Shown piece after piece: positions 1 through 8,272 of a stretch of DNA of 31,491 nucleotides. Each line of letters begins with the position of its first letter. Position 1 is the first letter of the stretch. The translations under genes were made by a program, and so were the position numbers. This stretch comes from an uncultured Bacteroidota bacterium (GTDB lineage Bacteria > Bacteroidota > Bacteroidia > Bacteroidales > UBA12481). The stretch covers positions 1 through 31,491 of the forward strand of contig CAILAQ010000043.1 of NCBI GenBank assembly GCA_903832165.1. Direction: 5' to 3'. The notes below the pieces were generated by a model, which was not told the origin of the DNA, made no database searches, and saw only the letters and a program-made list of their open reading frames with translations.

Positions 1-1053
1 TATGGCGGTACCAACGATACGGAAAGTTCAGGAATCCTTAATTTCATCCGTATTGAGTTCCCGGGTATTGCCTTCCAGCCAGATAAAGAAATCAATGGTC
101 TTACATTCGGCGGTGTCGGAAGCGGAACATCTGTTGATTATGTTCAGGTTTCCTATTCCGGAGATGATTCCTTCGAATGGTTCGGCGGCAGTGTGAACTG
201 CAAGCACCTGATTACATTCCGCGGATGGGATGACGAATACGACACGGATTACGGTTACCATGGCATGATTCAATACGCTGTAGGTCTTCGCGACCCGGCT
301 ATTGCTGATCCGGGTTCGGGGTCAAATGGATTTGAATCGGACAACGATGCTACCGGCTCTGCATCAGAACCTCTTACCAGTGCAGTTTTCAGTAATTTCA
401 GCCTGTTCGGCCCGTTGGTTACCCCTGAAACTCAGATCAACAGTAACTTCAAGCGGGGTGCTCATCTCCGGAGGAATACCGCATTGAACCTCTATAATAC
501 CATCTTCTCCGGTTTCCTCGTTGGCCTCTACATCGAGGGACCTTCCATCACCAATGCCAAAAACAATTTGCTGAAAATCGAGAATACGGTTCTGGCAGGC
601 TGTAAAACCAATTTCGGAGCAGCGGCCAATGATCTCTGGACTGTTGACGAAGAGACAGCATGGTTTAATAGCGCCACTCGTAACAACCAGCTGGTGACAA
701 ATAACGGAGATCTGGCCATTACAGATCCATTCAACTTGTTGGCACCGAACTTCGTTCCGATGAGTACTTCCACGATGCTTGGCGGATCCTATTGGAACGC
801 AACAGGCATTAATGTGGTACCGGTGGCTGAAACCCTTGTTGTCTATCCAAACCCGGTAAGCAGCACCCTCCATTTTGGCGGGGACATCGCTGTAAAATCG
901 ATAAGATTGATCAACATTACAGGACAGGTGGTCATGGAAACGCGTATTACCAACAATCAGCTTTCCGTTGGGGATCTCAATCCGGGCCTCTATATTATTC
1001 AAACCATCCTCGAAAACGGTAAAATCGCAACTCAGAAAGTTTACAAGCAATAG
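1..1053 (+). CDS. T9SS type A sorting domain-containing secreted protein (5' truncated; beta-helix-like repeats)
   Basis: Frame 1 is open from base 1 (YGGTNDTESSGILNFIRIEFPG...GDDSFEWFGG...DDEYDTDYGY), so the gene starts before the window. C-terminus YPNPVSSTLH...L..GLYII...TQKVYKQ is a typical Por/T9SS CTD. Confidence 0.85.
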   Translation, partial: YGGTNDTESSGILNFIRIEFPGIAFQPDKEINGLTFGGVGSGTSVDYVQVSYSGDDSFEWFGGSVNCKHLITFRGWDDEYDTDYGYHGMIQYAVGLRDPAIADPGSGSNGFESDNDATGSASEPLTSAVFSNFSLFGPLVTPETQINSNFKRGAHLRRNTALNLYNTIFSGFLVGLYIEGPSITNAKNNLLKIENTVLAGCKTNFGAAANDLWTVDEETAWFNSATRNNQLVTNNGDLAITDPFNLLAPNFVPMSTSTMLGGSYWNATGINVVPVAETLVVYPNPVSSTLHFGGDIAVKSIRLINITGQVVMETRITNNQLSVGDLNPGLYIIQTILENGKIATQKVYKQ

Positions 1054-1075
1054 TCGATTTATCTTTTCATAGCTC

Positions 1076-1109
1076 AAAAGGCTGCCCTCTCAGGAGGGTG
1101 GCCTTTTTT
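1076..1109. terminator. Bidirectional intrinsic terminator
   Basis: AAAAGGCTGCCCT-CTCAGG-AGGGTGGCCTTTTTT hairpin with A/T tails between convergent genes. Confidence 0.8.
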
Positions 1110-1152
1110 AATACCCGTTCAGGCAGAGTTGATATCAGTCCGGAAATGATTC

Positions 1153-1854
1153 TTAATCGATGGAAGAGGCGGTAAATCTGTATCCAACCCCCTTAATGGT
1201 CTGGATACAATCTTCGCCTATTTTTTCCCTTATTTTGCGGATATGTACATCGATCGTACGTTCACCAATTACCGCATCATCGCCCCAGATGATCCCGAAG
1301 ATTTCCTCACGGGTTTGCAACCTGCCCGGTTTTGAGGCTAAAAGCATTAACAGCTCAAATTCTTTTTTAGCAAAATGCTGCTCCTGCCCTGAAATCGTAA
1401 CAAGGTACTTCATCCGGTCAATGATGATATTTCCGAATTTATACAGATGATCATCATTCTCCTGTAAACTGGAGGAATTCCTTCTCCTGAGAAGCGCATT
1501 TAACCGGCTTACCAGAACCTTGGTTTTTGTTGGCTTGATAATATAATCGTCTCCCCCGGCAGAAAATCCGGCAATTTGAGAGTAATCTTCACCTCGTGCA
1601 GTCAGGAAGGCGATCAATACGTCCTTCAGATCAGGCAGTTTTCTGATCTGTTCGCAAGTCTCAATGCCGTCGATACCGCGCATCATCAGGTCGAGCAAAA
1701 TCAGATCGGGTTTGAATTCCTGTGCGAGCCGGATACCATCGACGCCATTGGTGGCCTTTTCTATGGTGAATCCTTCCTGAGTCAGACTGTATCCCAGGAA
1801 CTCGAGTATATCGGGTTCATCGTCTATCAGCAATATCCGTGGTGATTCAGCCAT
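1153..1854 (-). CDS. OmpR/PhoB-family response regulator (PhoP/RprY-like)
   Basis: REC domain (LLIDDE, DLILLDLMM, FLTA, YIIKP) plus winged helix (RTIDVHIRKIREKIG...TIKGVGYRF). ATG at 1854 preferred over 1896 because a TACATTTG -7 element lies at 1876-1883. Confidence 0.9.
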   Translation of the reverse strand: MAESPRILLIDDEPDILEFLGYSLTQEGFTIEKATNGVDGIRLAQEFKPDLILLDLMMRGIDGIETCEQIRKLPDLKDVLIAFLTARGEDYSQIAGFSAGGDDYIIKPTKTKVLVSRLNALLRRRNSSSLQENDDHLYKFGNIIIDRMKYLVTISGQEQHFAKKEFELLMLLASKPGRLQTREEIFGIIWGDDAVIGERTIDVHIRKIREKIGEDCIQTIKGVGYRFTASSID

Positions 1855-1875
1855 AAAAATTAATTGTTTTATAAG

Positions 1876-1930
1876 CAAATGTAGAGCATCGGTCAACTAA
1901 CCATGTTACCCTAATATTAAATCCATATTT
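1876..1930 (-). promoter_or_regulatory. Promoter of the response regulator with 11-bp-phased boxes
   Basis: Minus strand: AAATATG-gatt-TAATATT-aggg-TAACATG-N18-TACATTTG (Bacteroidota -7 consensus TAnnTTTG). Confidence 0.6.
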
Positions 1931-1999
1931 AATGAAGGAATTAATCTGCTGAAATCTTAACGATTAGATCACCTGTCGGTCAGCGATCGGGATAATTGT

Positions 2000-2054
2000 T
2001 AACATTAAAATAATATTGTGGATTTAATTAGGTAATCTTCACGATGTATGTTTG
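2000..2054 (+). promoter_or_regulatory. Promoter of the CarboxypepD_reg-like gene with 11-bp-phased boxes
   Basis: TAACATT(2000)-TAATATT(2011)-ATTTAAT(2022)-TAATCTT(2033)-TATGTTTG(2047-2054, -7 element). Confidence 0.6.
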
Positions 2055-2075
2055 CGGCAAGAAATTAAGCGCAAA

Positions 2076-2426
2076 ATGAAAAAAATTATTTCGACCATAT
2101 TTTTGGTAGCTTTGATGCTGCCGGTTTTTGCCGATGGAAAAAACAACGAATCGAAGAACATTAAAGTGGTCACCGAGGTTGCTGTACTTATGGGAACTGT
2201 GATAGATCAATCCACCGGTGAAACATTGCCGGGCGCCCAGGTTAAGATTAGCGGTCTGGACCAGACCGTATACACCGACCTCGATGGGAACTTTGAAGTG
2301 AAAGGAATTATTCCGGGTAATTACAACCTCCAGGTTTCTCTTGTTTCGTATAAGGAAAATAAAATCAAGGACCTGGTTGTCAGTGCAAACAAGAATAGCG
2401 CTCTTAAAGTGGAGCTTAAACGATAG
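2076..2426 (+). CDS. Secreted carboxypeptidase-regulatory-like (CarboxypepD_reg-like) domain protein
   Basis: Signal peptide MKKIISTIFLVALMLPVFA; motif GTVIDQSTGETLPGAQV...TDLDGNF...PGNY.L.VSLVSY. Confidence 0.8.
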   Translation: MKKIISTIFLVALMLPVFADGKNNESKNIKVVTEVAVLMGTVIDQSTGETLPGAQVKISGLDQTVYTDLDGNFEVKGIIPGNYNLQVSLVSYKENKIKDLVVSANKNSALKVELKR

Positions 2427-2443
2427 GTTATCTGTTGGCAGAA

Positions 2444-2914
2444 ATGAAAAAAGCAATTTTAGTCCTATCTGGCCTGATCTTGTTTCTGACTGGCTACAGC
2501 CAGATCACCCAGGGCGAAAACGGCCTTTATTATGGCAAGGACAATAAGCTTTTTTCCGGCGATTATCGGGAGTATTGGGACAACGGCCAGCTGAAACAGC
2601 AGATGCTTATCACCGATGGTAAAATGGACGGCCAGGTCACACTCTGGTACCGGACTGGAACAATAATGGAAATCCGCATGTTTGAGAATGGGTTGAGAGA
2701 AGGGCAATGGATTTCTTATAATGAACTGGGTCTGAAAACCGGGGAAGCCGGTTACGCTGCTGATCTTAAAGAAGGATCGTGGCGCGTGTGGGATGAAAAG
2801 GGCATATTGCGGTATGAAATGTTTTATCGCAAGGGACAAAAAGCCGGTCTCTGGACTATGTATGATGAAAACGGGAATAAGGTAAGTGAGAAGAGTTATT
2901 CAGACGAAAAATAA
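2444..2914 (+). CDS. Exported MORN-variant repeat protein (often auto-annotated YwqK-like)
   Basis: Signal peptide MKKAILVLSGLILFLTGYSQ; repeats DG.V.LWYRTG, EG.W.SYNELG, EG.W.VWDEKG, AGLW.MYDENG. Confidence 0.75.
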   Translation: MKKAILVLSGLILFLTGYSQITQGENGLYYGKDNKLFSGDYREYWDNGQLKQQMLITDGKMDGQVTLWYRTGTIMEIRMFENGLREGQWISYNELGLKTGEAGYAADLKEGSWRVWDEKGILRYEMFYRKGQKAGLWTMYDENGNKVSEKSYSDEK

Positions 2915-3075
2915 TTTCTCCCGGAATTATTGAAAAAATCCTGACAGGAATTTTCCTGATCGTTAAGGGTGCTGTCACCATAAATCAGATCGGTCCGGTG
3001 ACAAGTGAGCGTGCTTTATTTAATTCCTTATTAAAAGTAGCACAAGCTTTCTTACTTTTAGGCAACCTTAACATC

Positions 3076-4929
3076 ATGACAAACATTAAAATCATCACTC
3101 TGGCGACCCTTGCAATGGTCACCTTAGCCAGTCCGCAGAATAAGAAACAGCCGAATACCGATCAGCTAAAGCCCATAACGCTGAAACAAACGGAACTGTC
3201 AGGCGAGATCGGGCGGCGGATCAACGACCTGATATATAAGAACTACATGGTCATCGATCTCGATGGCTTTTTTACCGAGCCATACCGGGTGCGCCCCTTC
3301 ACCGACAATTATCATTATGTCGGGGTGGGAAAGGTGATTGATGCGGGGAGCCTTTTTACCGCTTACACCGGCGATCCGAAAGTGGCTGAACGAACAGCAC
3401 ACCTGATCAACGGAATCATTGATACCCGCGATGCAGATGGCTATATCGGCACATTCAAACTGCTGCCCGGAGGTAAGCAGAACCATTTCAACTGGGCGTT
3501 ACATGAGCAGGAATATCTGCTCCTCGGGCTGGTCAGGAATTTTCTGACCACCGGGAATAAAAAATCGCTGGAGGATGCCCGCAATCTGGGTGATTATGTG
3601 ATCGCCACCTTCGGAAAGGATCCCAAGCCCGAGGAGGTATGCACCGCCGGTCTTCCGGAGGGATTTATAGCCCTGTATAAGGCAACCGGTGATAATCGTT
3701 ACCTGGACTTTGCTGCCAATATCAAACACGGGAATTCACAGGGCGAAGTGCAGTGTGCGTCGCTGCTTACCTGGAAGCAGACCTTTGAAACGGAAGCTTC
3801 TCATGTTTATGTGATGCTGGCGCGATGTTACGCGCAGACCGAATTGTACCGGTCCATGAATAAGCCGTCGCTCCTGGATATGTCGGAATACATGCGCCAT
3901 GAATTGCTGCGTACTGGTGGAGGCCTTAATGTTGTCGGTTCTGCATCGGACGGAGAGTGGTTCTCCTACACGCAGAATGGTGCAGGGCAAATCGGCGAAT
4001 CGTGCGTTACCGCTTATCTGGTACGATGGCTGGAAAGTTTGATGCGTCTGGAGGGAGATCTCCGTTATGGGGATATCATGGAGCGCACGATATATAATGC
4101 GCTCTTCGCGGCGCAGGATCCGGAGGGCAGGAAGATCAGGTATTTCACCCCGTTTACCGGACCGCGCGTCTATTGGGGCCAGGACGGTTTCTGCTGTCCC
4201 GGTAATTTCCGCCGGATTATGGCCGAACTGCCACAAAAAGTATACTATCAGTCGGCCGATCAAGCCATTGCAGTCAATCTTTTTACTACCTCGGCAACCA
4301 CTATTGAGCTGAACCCTGATCTCTCGGTAACACTCTCCCAGGAAACCGACTACCCAAACAGTGGTCAGGTAGTTTTCAGAGTGACGCCTTCTAAAGAGGC
4401 CACCTTTGCCTTACAGCTGCGTATTCCGCGGTGGTGCAAAAACGCCACGGTTAAAATCAACGACAAGGGACCGGTTACAGTACAATCCGGCATCAATCCT
4501 TACGAGATCCGCCGCAAATGGAAAGCCGGCGATGTGGTGACCCTGGAGATGCCAATGGAATGGCGTTTCATTAAGGGCCACCAGTTGCAGGAGGGTAAGG
4601 TTGCCCTCGCCCGCGGCCCCGTGATATACTGTCTGGGTACCGCCCAAAACGAGGAAATCCTGAAGAAATATCCGAATTTCAGCGGAATCATTGTTGATCC
4701 GGCTGTTTTGGGTGAACCTGAAGCAGACCATTCCATCCGTCCCGATGGGAAAAAAGTAATACTCAAGGCAAGAGTTGAAGCCCCCGGCGCCTGGAGCAGG
4801 GGTGCACCGTATCTGACACTCACCTTCACCGAATTTATCGATCCTACTGGTATCGTTACCTATTTCCATTTGCTCGACCTGAACAAAGCCGTGGAAGACG
4901 AACTGATGGTGGACTGTTTCCGGAAATGA
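3076..4929 (+). CDS. GH127/GH146-like glycoside hydrolase (beta-L-arabinofuranosidase-like)
   Basis: Motifs GE.F, GESC, YGDIMERTIYNALFAAQ, FCCPGN, QETDYP.SG, LRIP.WC, ALARGPVIYC. Signal-like N-terminus from ATG 3076. Confidence 0.85.
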   Translation: MTNIKIITLATLAMVTLASPQNKKQPNTDQLKPITLKQTELSGEIGRRINDLIYKNYMVIDLDGFFTEPYRVRPFTDNYHYVGVGKVIDAGSLFTAYTGDPKVAERTAHLINGIIDTRDADGYIGTFKLLPGGKQNHFNWALHEQEYLLLGLVRNFLTTGNKKSLEDARNLGDYVIATFGKDPKPEEVCTAGLPEGFIALYKATGDNRYLDFAANIKHGNSQGEVQCASLLTWKQTFETEASHVYVMLARCYAQTELYRSMNKPSLLDMSEYMRHELLRTGGGLNVVGSASDGEWFSYTQNGAGQIGESCVTAYLVRWLESLMRLEGDLRYGDIMERTIYNALFAAQDPEGRKIRYFTPFTGPRVYWGQDGFCCPGNFRRIMAELPQKVYYQSADQAIAVNLFTTSATTIELNPDLSVTLSQETDYPNSGQVVFRVTPSKEATFALQLRIPRWCKNATVKINDKGPVTVQSGINPYEIRRKWKAGDVVTLEMPMEWRFIKGHQLQEGKVALARGPVIYCLGTAQNEEILKKYPNFSGIIVDPAVLGEPEADHSIRPDGKKVILKARVEAPGAWSRGAPYLTLTFTEFIDPTGIVTYFHLLDLNKAVEDELMVDCFRK

Positions 4930-4993
4930 TTCGCTTTTAGCAATTAAGATCCGGAGTTTCAGTATTTTTGAGATTGACACAGATTAAGAAAAA

Positions 4994-5494
4994 ATGAAAA
5001 ACAGATTAACATTTGTGGTTATTGCCATATTGACAATAACTCTGGCAAGTTGTGGGGAAAATTCGCAGGAGCAGGACAAAACCGCAATTGACAAAGCGAG
5101 GTTGGACTTTATGGCTGCATTCAATAAAAGTGACGCAAATTCAATGGATCCGTTGATCGACCAAAACGCTGTTTGGCTGGTCCCGGGCTTTCCAACCGTT
5201 ACTGGCAAGGATAAAATCGTGGCAGCCTATGCAAGTGTTTTTACTACTGCTCAGGGGAAGCTCGACCTGCAACCCGGCGAAATTCTGCTGAGTGAAGGCT
5301 GTGCTGTTTTGAGCGGCGACTTCACCAGAACCCAGAAACTACTGGCAGATCATACGGTCAGTTATTACGCTGGCAAATACCTCATGGTTCTTAATAAAGG
5401 GAAAGATGGCAGCTGGAAGTTTACCCGTGATATCTGGAATGACATGGAGGTTACTGATCTCTCATCGAAAACGCCCGTTACGCAATCCAAATAG
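4994..5494 (+). CDS. SnoaL-like/DUF4440 (NTF2-fold) lipoprotein
   Basis: Lipobox LASC; NTF2-like pattern AAFNKSDA...DAVW..PG.P.VTGKDKI...GKYLMVL.K.KDGSWKF.RDIWN. Confidence 0.75.
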   Translation: MKNRLTFVVIAILTITLASCGENSQEQDKTAIDKARLDFMAAFNKSDANSMDPLIDQNAVWLVPGFPTVTGKDKIVAAYASVFTTAQGKLDLQPGEILLSEGCAVLSGDFTRTQKLLADHTVSYYAGKYLMVLNKGKDGSWKFTRDIWNDMEVTDLSSKTPVTQSK

Positions 5495-5551
5495 TGATCA
5501 GCTACACCATAAAAGTAGCACAGGCATCCATAATTTTGTCTAAAAATCGTC

Positions 5552-6100
5552 ATGAGACTATTTACCGGATTTCCGGTCGGAATCCAATTCACCCAGGCTA
5601 TATCAGCCCTCAGCCATTCAAATGGTATAATCAACGGACTTCGTTGGGTACCCGGAGTCAACCTGCATGTAACCGCCTGTTTCATTGGAGAGGTATCGCC
5701 CGATAAACTCACCGGGATCAAAACAGCTACAGGCGAGATTTGCTCCAATTTTCAGCCAATGACTCTAAACCTGAAGGAAATCTGCATCTGGCCCAAAAGA
5801 AAACCATATATGGTGTGGGCTTTATACGAAGAACATCCGGATTTTACCTCGATATACCGGCAGCTTGAATCTTCGCTCATCGGCGTTTCCGGGCAAGGGT
5901 CGGTAAAGCCACATATCACCCTGGCCCGTTTCAAGGATTTCACCGATATCTCACAAATTCAATTAACCGGAACGGTTTTCCCTGACACTATTTTATGTGA
6001 CCGGCTGATTCTCTTTGAATCGCGCCTGGCACCGGAAGGGGCAACATATCTCAAGCTAGGAGAGTATGGGTTGAATTCCTTATTATCTTGTGATTGCTAA
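5552..6100 (+). CDS. thpR: RNA 2',3'-cyclic phosphodiesterase (2H phosphoesterase)
   Basis: MRLF start, two HxT motifs (NLHVT, KPHITLAR), LFES.L.PEGA.Y. Confidence 0.85.
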   Translation: MRLFTGFPVGIQFTQAISALSHSNGIINGLRWVPGVNLHVTACFIGEVSPDKLTGIKTATGEICSNFQPMTLNLKEICIWPKRKPYMVWALYEEHPDFTSIYRQLESSLIGVSGQGSVKPHITLARFKDFTDISQIQLTGTVFPDTILCDRLILFESRLAPEGATYLKLGEYGLNSLLSCDC

Positions 6101-6643
6101 ATGTCCAAAGTGATCCTATATATTGCCACCTCGCTGGATGGATTCATTGCCCGTCCCGACGGGAATCTGGATTGGCTTACCGGGCTGCCCAACCCCGATC
6201 AGCTGGATCATGGATATGGCGATCTTCTTGCGCAAACTTCATGTATTATCATGGGGCATAGCACCTATCAGGAAATTCTTGGATTCGGTATTGATTGGCC
6301 CTATACAGGAACAGAAACCTGGGTGATGACCGGCAATCCCGACTTCAAGCCTGCTACCCCCGATACCTTCGCTTTATCAGGTGATATAGAAACAAAATTT
6401 GAGGCGATCCGGTTACGGCAACTAAAGAATATCTGGCTGGTGGGCGGTGGCCGTGTTGTTACCTGGTTTCTGAATCGCGATCTCATCGATGAGATTATCA
6501 TCGCCATCATCCCGTGCATCCTTGGGACGGGCATCCGGCTGTTCCCCGATGACCCAAAGGAAAGCCAATGGAAGCTGGTAAAATCCGAGTCCTTTTCCAC
6601 CGGGGTGGTGAACCTGAGCTACAGGCGCGATATGAACCCTTGA
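6101..6643 (+). CDS. Dihydrofolate reductase family (RibD C-terminal-like) protein
   Basis: YIATSLDGFIA.PDG.LDWL, IMG..TY, IWLVGGG, LIDEI.I.IIP.ILG.GI.LF. Confidence 0.85.
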   Translation: MSKVILYIATSLDGFIARPDGNLDWLTGLPNPDQLDHGYGDLLAQTSCIIMGHSTYQEILGFGIDWPYTGTETWVMTGNPDFKPATPDTFALSGDIETKFEAIRLRQLKNIWLVGGGRVVTWFLNRDLIDEIIIAIIPCILGTGIRLFPDDPKESQWKLVKSESFSTGVVNLSYRRDMNP

Positions 6644-6682
6644 TCGCTTATCTGAACTAGATATTCCTACAGTTCCGGGTGG

Positions 6683-7105
6683 TTATTTCGGGTCAAAATC
6701 CACCATCCATTCAATACCGTATTTATCCCTGAACATGCCGAAATAGGTGCCCCACGGGCTCTCCTCGATAGGTACTTCAATTTGGCCACCTGACGAAAGT
6801 CCGGCAAACAGTTTGTCTGCCTCCTCCTTGCTTTCTGCGGATATTACGATTTTGCTCCTGTTTTCATTTTCATTCGTCCTTCCCATACTTTCCGGGACGT
6901 CATTGGCCATTAAAAAGCTGTTCCCGATCGGTAAAGCGATGTGCATGATCTTATTGGCTTCATTTTCCGATAGCGGGAATCCGGGTATTGAAAGATCTTT
7001 GAAACGTCTGATTATTGCGAACTCTCCGCCGAATACCGATTTGTAAAAGGTAAATGCCTCTTCGGCATTTCCGTTGAAGTTTATATGAGGATTTATTTGT
7101 GCCAC
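6683..7105 (-). CDS. VOC family protein (PhnB/3-demethylubiquinone-9 3-methyltransferase-like)
   Basis: PHINFNGNAEEAFTFYKSVFGG, IMH..L.IG..LM..D, PWG..FG..RDKYGIEW. GTG start. Confidence 0.85.
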   Translation of the reverse strand: MAQINPHINFNGNAEEAFTFYKSVFGGEFAIIRRFKDLSIPGFPLSENEANKIMHIALPIGNSFLMANDVPESMGRTNENENRSKIVISAESKEEADKLFAGLSSGGQIEVPIEESPWGTYFGMFRDKYGIEWMVDFDPK

Positions 7106-7268
7106 TTTGATATTATTTATTGCCAGTCAATGTCATGCAAACGTGATCAAGAATCTCTTCCTCGATATCAAGGTAAATATGCATGAATGAAATAATGTTC
7201 CTCATTTCAATAAAACCAGCTCAATTTCAAAATCTAACAATTTAATTTTAAAATTGTTCTTCCCAATC

Positions 7269-7293
7269 GCCGCGCCCTCACGGGCATGGCTAC
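7269..7293 (-). repeat. GTAG-tagged REP-like palindrome
   Basis: Minus strand GTAG-CCATGCCC-GTGA-GGGCGCGG-C, an imperfect hairpin after a GTAG tag. Confidence 0.5.
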
Positions 7294-7339
7294 CATCTGA
7301 TCTTGAAAGGGCGAATATCAGGGAAGGTTACAAAAGAAA

Positions 7340-7370
7340 AACGACTTACCGCAATCTGCTGTAAGTCGTT
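7340..7370 (-). terminator. Intrinsic terminator downstream of tRNA-Val
   Basis: AACGACTTAC...GTAAGTCGTT 10-bp perfect inverted repeat; on the minus strand it is followed by TTTTCTTTTG. Confidence 0.75.
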
Positions 7371-7382
7371 GATTTTCACCTG

Positions 7383-7457
7383 TGAGACATACTGGATTCG
7401 AACCAGTGACCTCTTGCCTGTCAAGCAAGCGCTCTAAACCAGCTGAGCTAATATCTC
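7383..7457 (-). tRNA. tRNA-Val (GAC)
   Basis: Cloverleaf: acceptor GAGATAT/ATGTCTC, D arm TAGCTCAGCTGGTTTAGAGC, anticodon stem CTTGC/GCAAG with loop TTGACAG, T arm GGTTCGAATCC. CCA not encoded. Confidence 0.95.
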
Positions 7458-7465
7458 AGAGCCTG

Positions 7466-7497
7466 CAATATTAGGGATTTTCCGTAAACCCGCCAAA
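7466..7497 (-). promoter_or_regulatory. Bacteroidota sigma-A-type promoter of tRNA-Val
   Basis: Minus strand TTTG-N20-TAATATTG, matching TTTG-N19-21-TAnnTTTG with one mismatch. Confidence 0.6.
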
Positions 7498-7552
7498 TGC
7501 CCGTTTTACCGATTATTCATTTTTACTAACTTGCACCCCTAAATTTTTAGCT

Positions 7553-8185
7553 ATGAAAAGAATTGCACTAGCAGTAATGATTTTACTAACAATCAGTATG
7601 ATGAACGAAAATCAGGCACAATCCACTAAGGTGAAAATGAAAACTACCCTGGGCGATATCACGCTCGTCCTCTTTGATGATACCCCCGGCCACCGGGATA
7701 ACTTCATCAAACTGGTGAACGAGAAGTTCTACGAGGGTATCCTCTTTCACCGCGTAATCCCCGGTTTCATGATCCAGGGAGGCGACCCAACCACCAGAGT
7801 CAGTAAGCCCGGACCGCAGCTCGGGACTATCCCGGCTGAATTCCGTCCGAATAGGTACCATAAAAAAGGAGCCCTTTGCGCTGCCCGGACCGAAAACCCC
7901 CAAAAAGCTTCCTCCGGTTCCCAATTCTATATCGTGGTCGGTAAAGTGGCTTCAGAGGCCAGTCTGACCCAGCAGGAAACATCCGGCGCCCATACCAAAT
8001 TCACTGTCGAACAGAAGAAAGACTATACCACCATCGGCGGTACCCCTTTCCTCGACAATAACTATACCGTTTACGGCGAAGTCACCCAGGGCCTCGATAT
8101 CGTTGACAAAATCGCCGCCGTTACCTGCAATAATACCAAGCCGGTGACTGATGTGAAAATTATTTCGATGACGATTGTAAAATAA
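7553..8185 (+). CDS. Cyclophilin-type peptidyl-prolyl isomerase, exported
   Basis: Signal peptide; TP.HRDNFIKL, FYEG..FHRVIPGFMIQGGDP, SSGSQFYIV, P.LD.NYTVYGEV..G. Confidence 0.92.
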   Translation: MKRIALAVMILLTISMMNENQAQSTKVKMKTTLGDITLVLFDDTPGHRDNFIKLVNEKFYEGILFHRVIPGFMIQGGDPTTRVSKPGPQLGTIPAEFRPNRYHKKGALCAARTENPQKASSGSQFYIVVGKVASEASLTQQETSGAHTKFTVEQKKDYTTIGGTPFLDNNYTVYGEVTQGLDIVDKIAAVTCNNTKPVTDVKIISMTIVK

Positions 8186-8186
8186 T

Positions 8187-8257
8187 GGGTGTCGGGTATC
8201 GGGTATCGGGTATCAGGCAGCTCTTGCCCGAAACCTGAAACCCGAAACCTGAAACCC
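8187..8257. repeat. Inverted pair of heptamer tandem arrays
   Basis: GGGTGTC-(GGGTATC)x3-AGGCAGC ... CCGAAAC-CTGAAAC-CCGAAAC-CTGAAAC; the arms are imperfect reverse complements. Confidence 0.8.
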
Positions 8258-8272
8258 TTTTAAAGGAATATC

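Noticed and set aside
2444-2914. YwqK-type antitoxin / toxin-antitoxin system (also 17697-19253)
   Set aside because: Both proteins have signal peptides and generic MORN-variant repeats, and no toxin gene is adjacent.
7106-7457. Prophage or integrative element at tRNA-Val
   Set aside because: No integrase, phage genes or att duplication visible.
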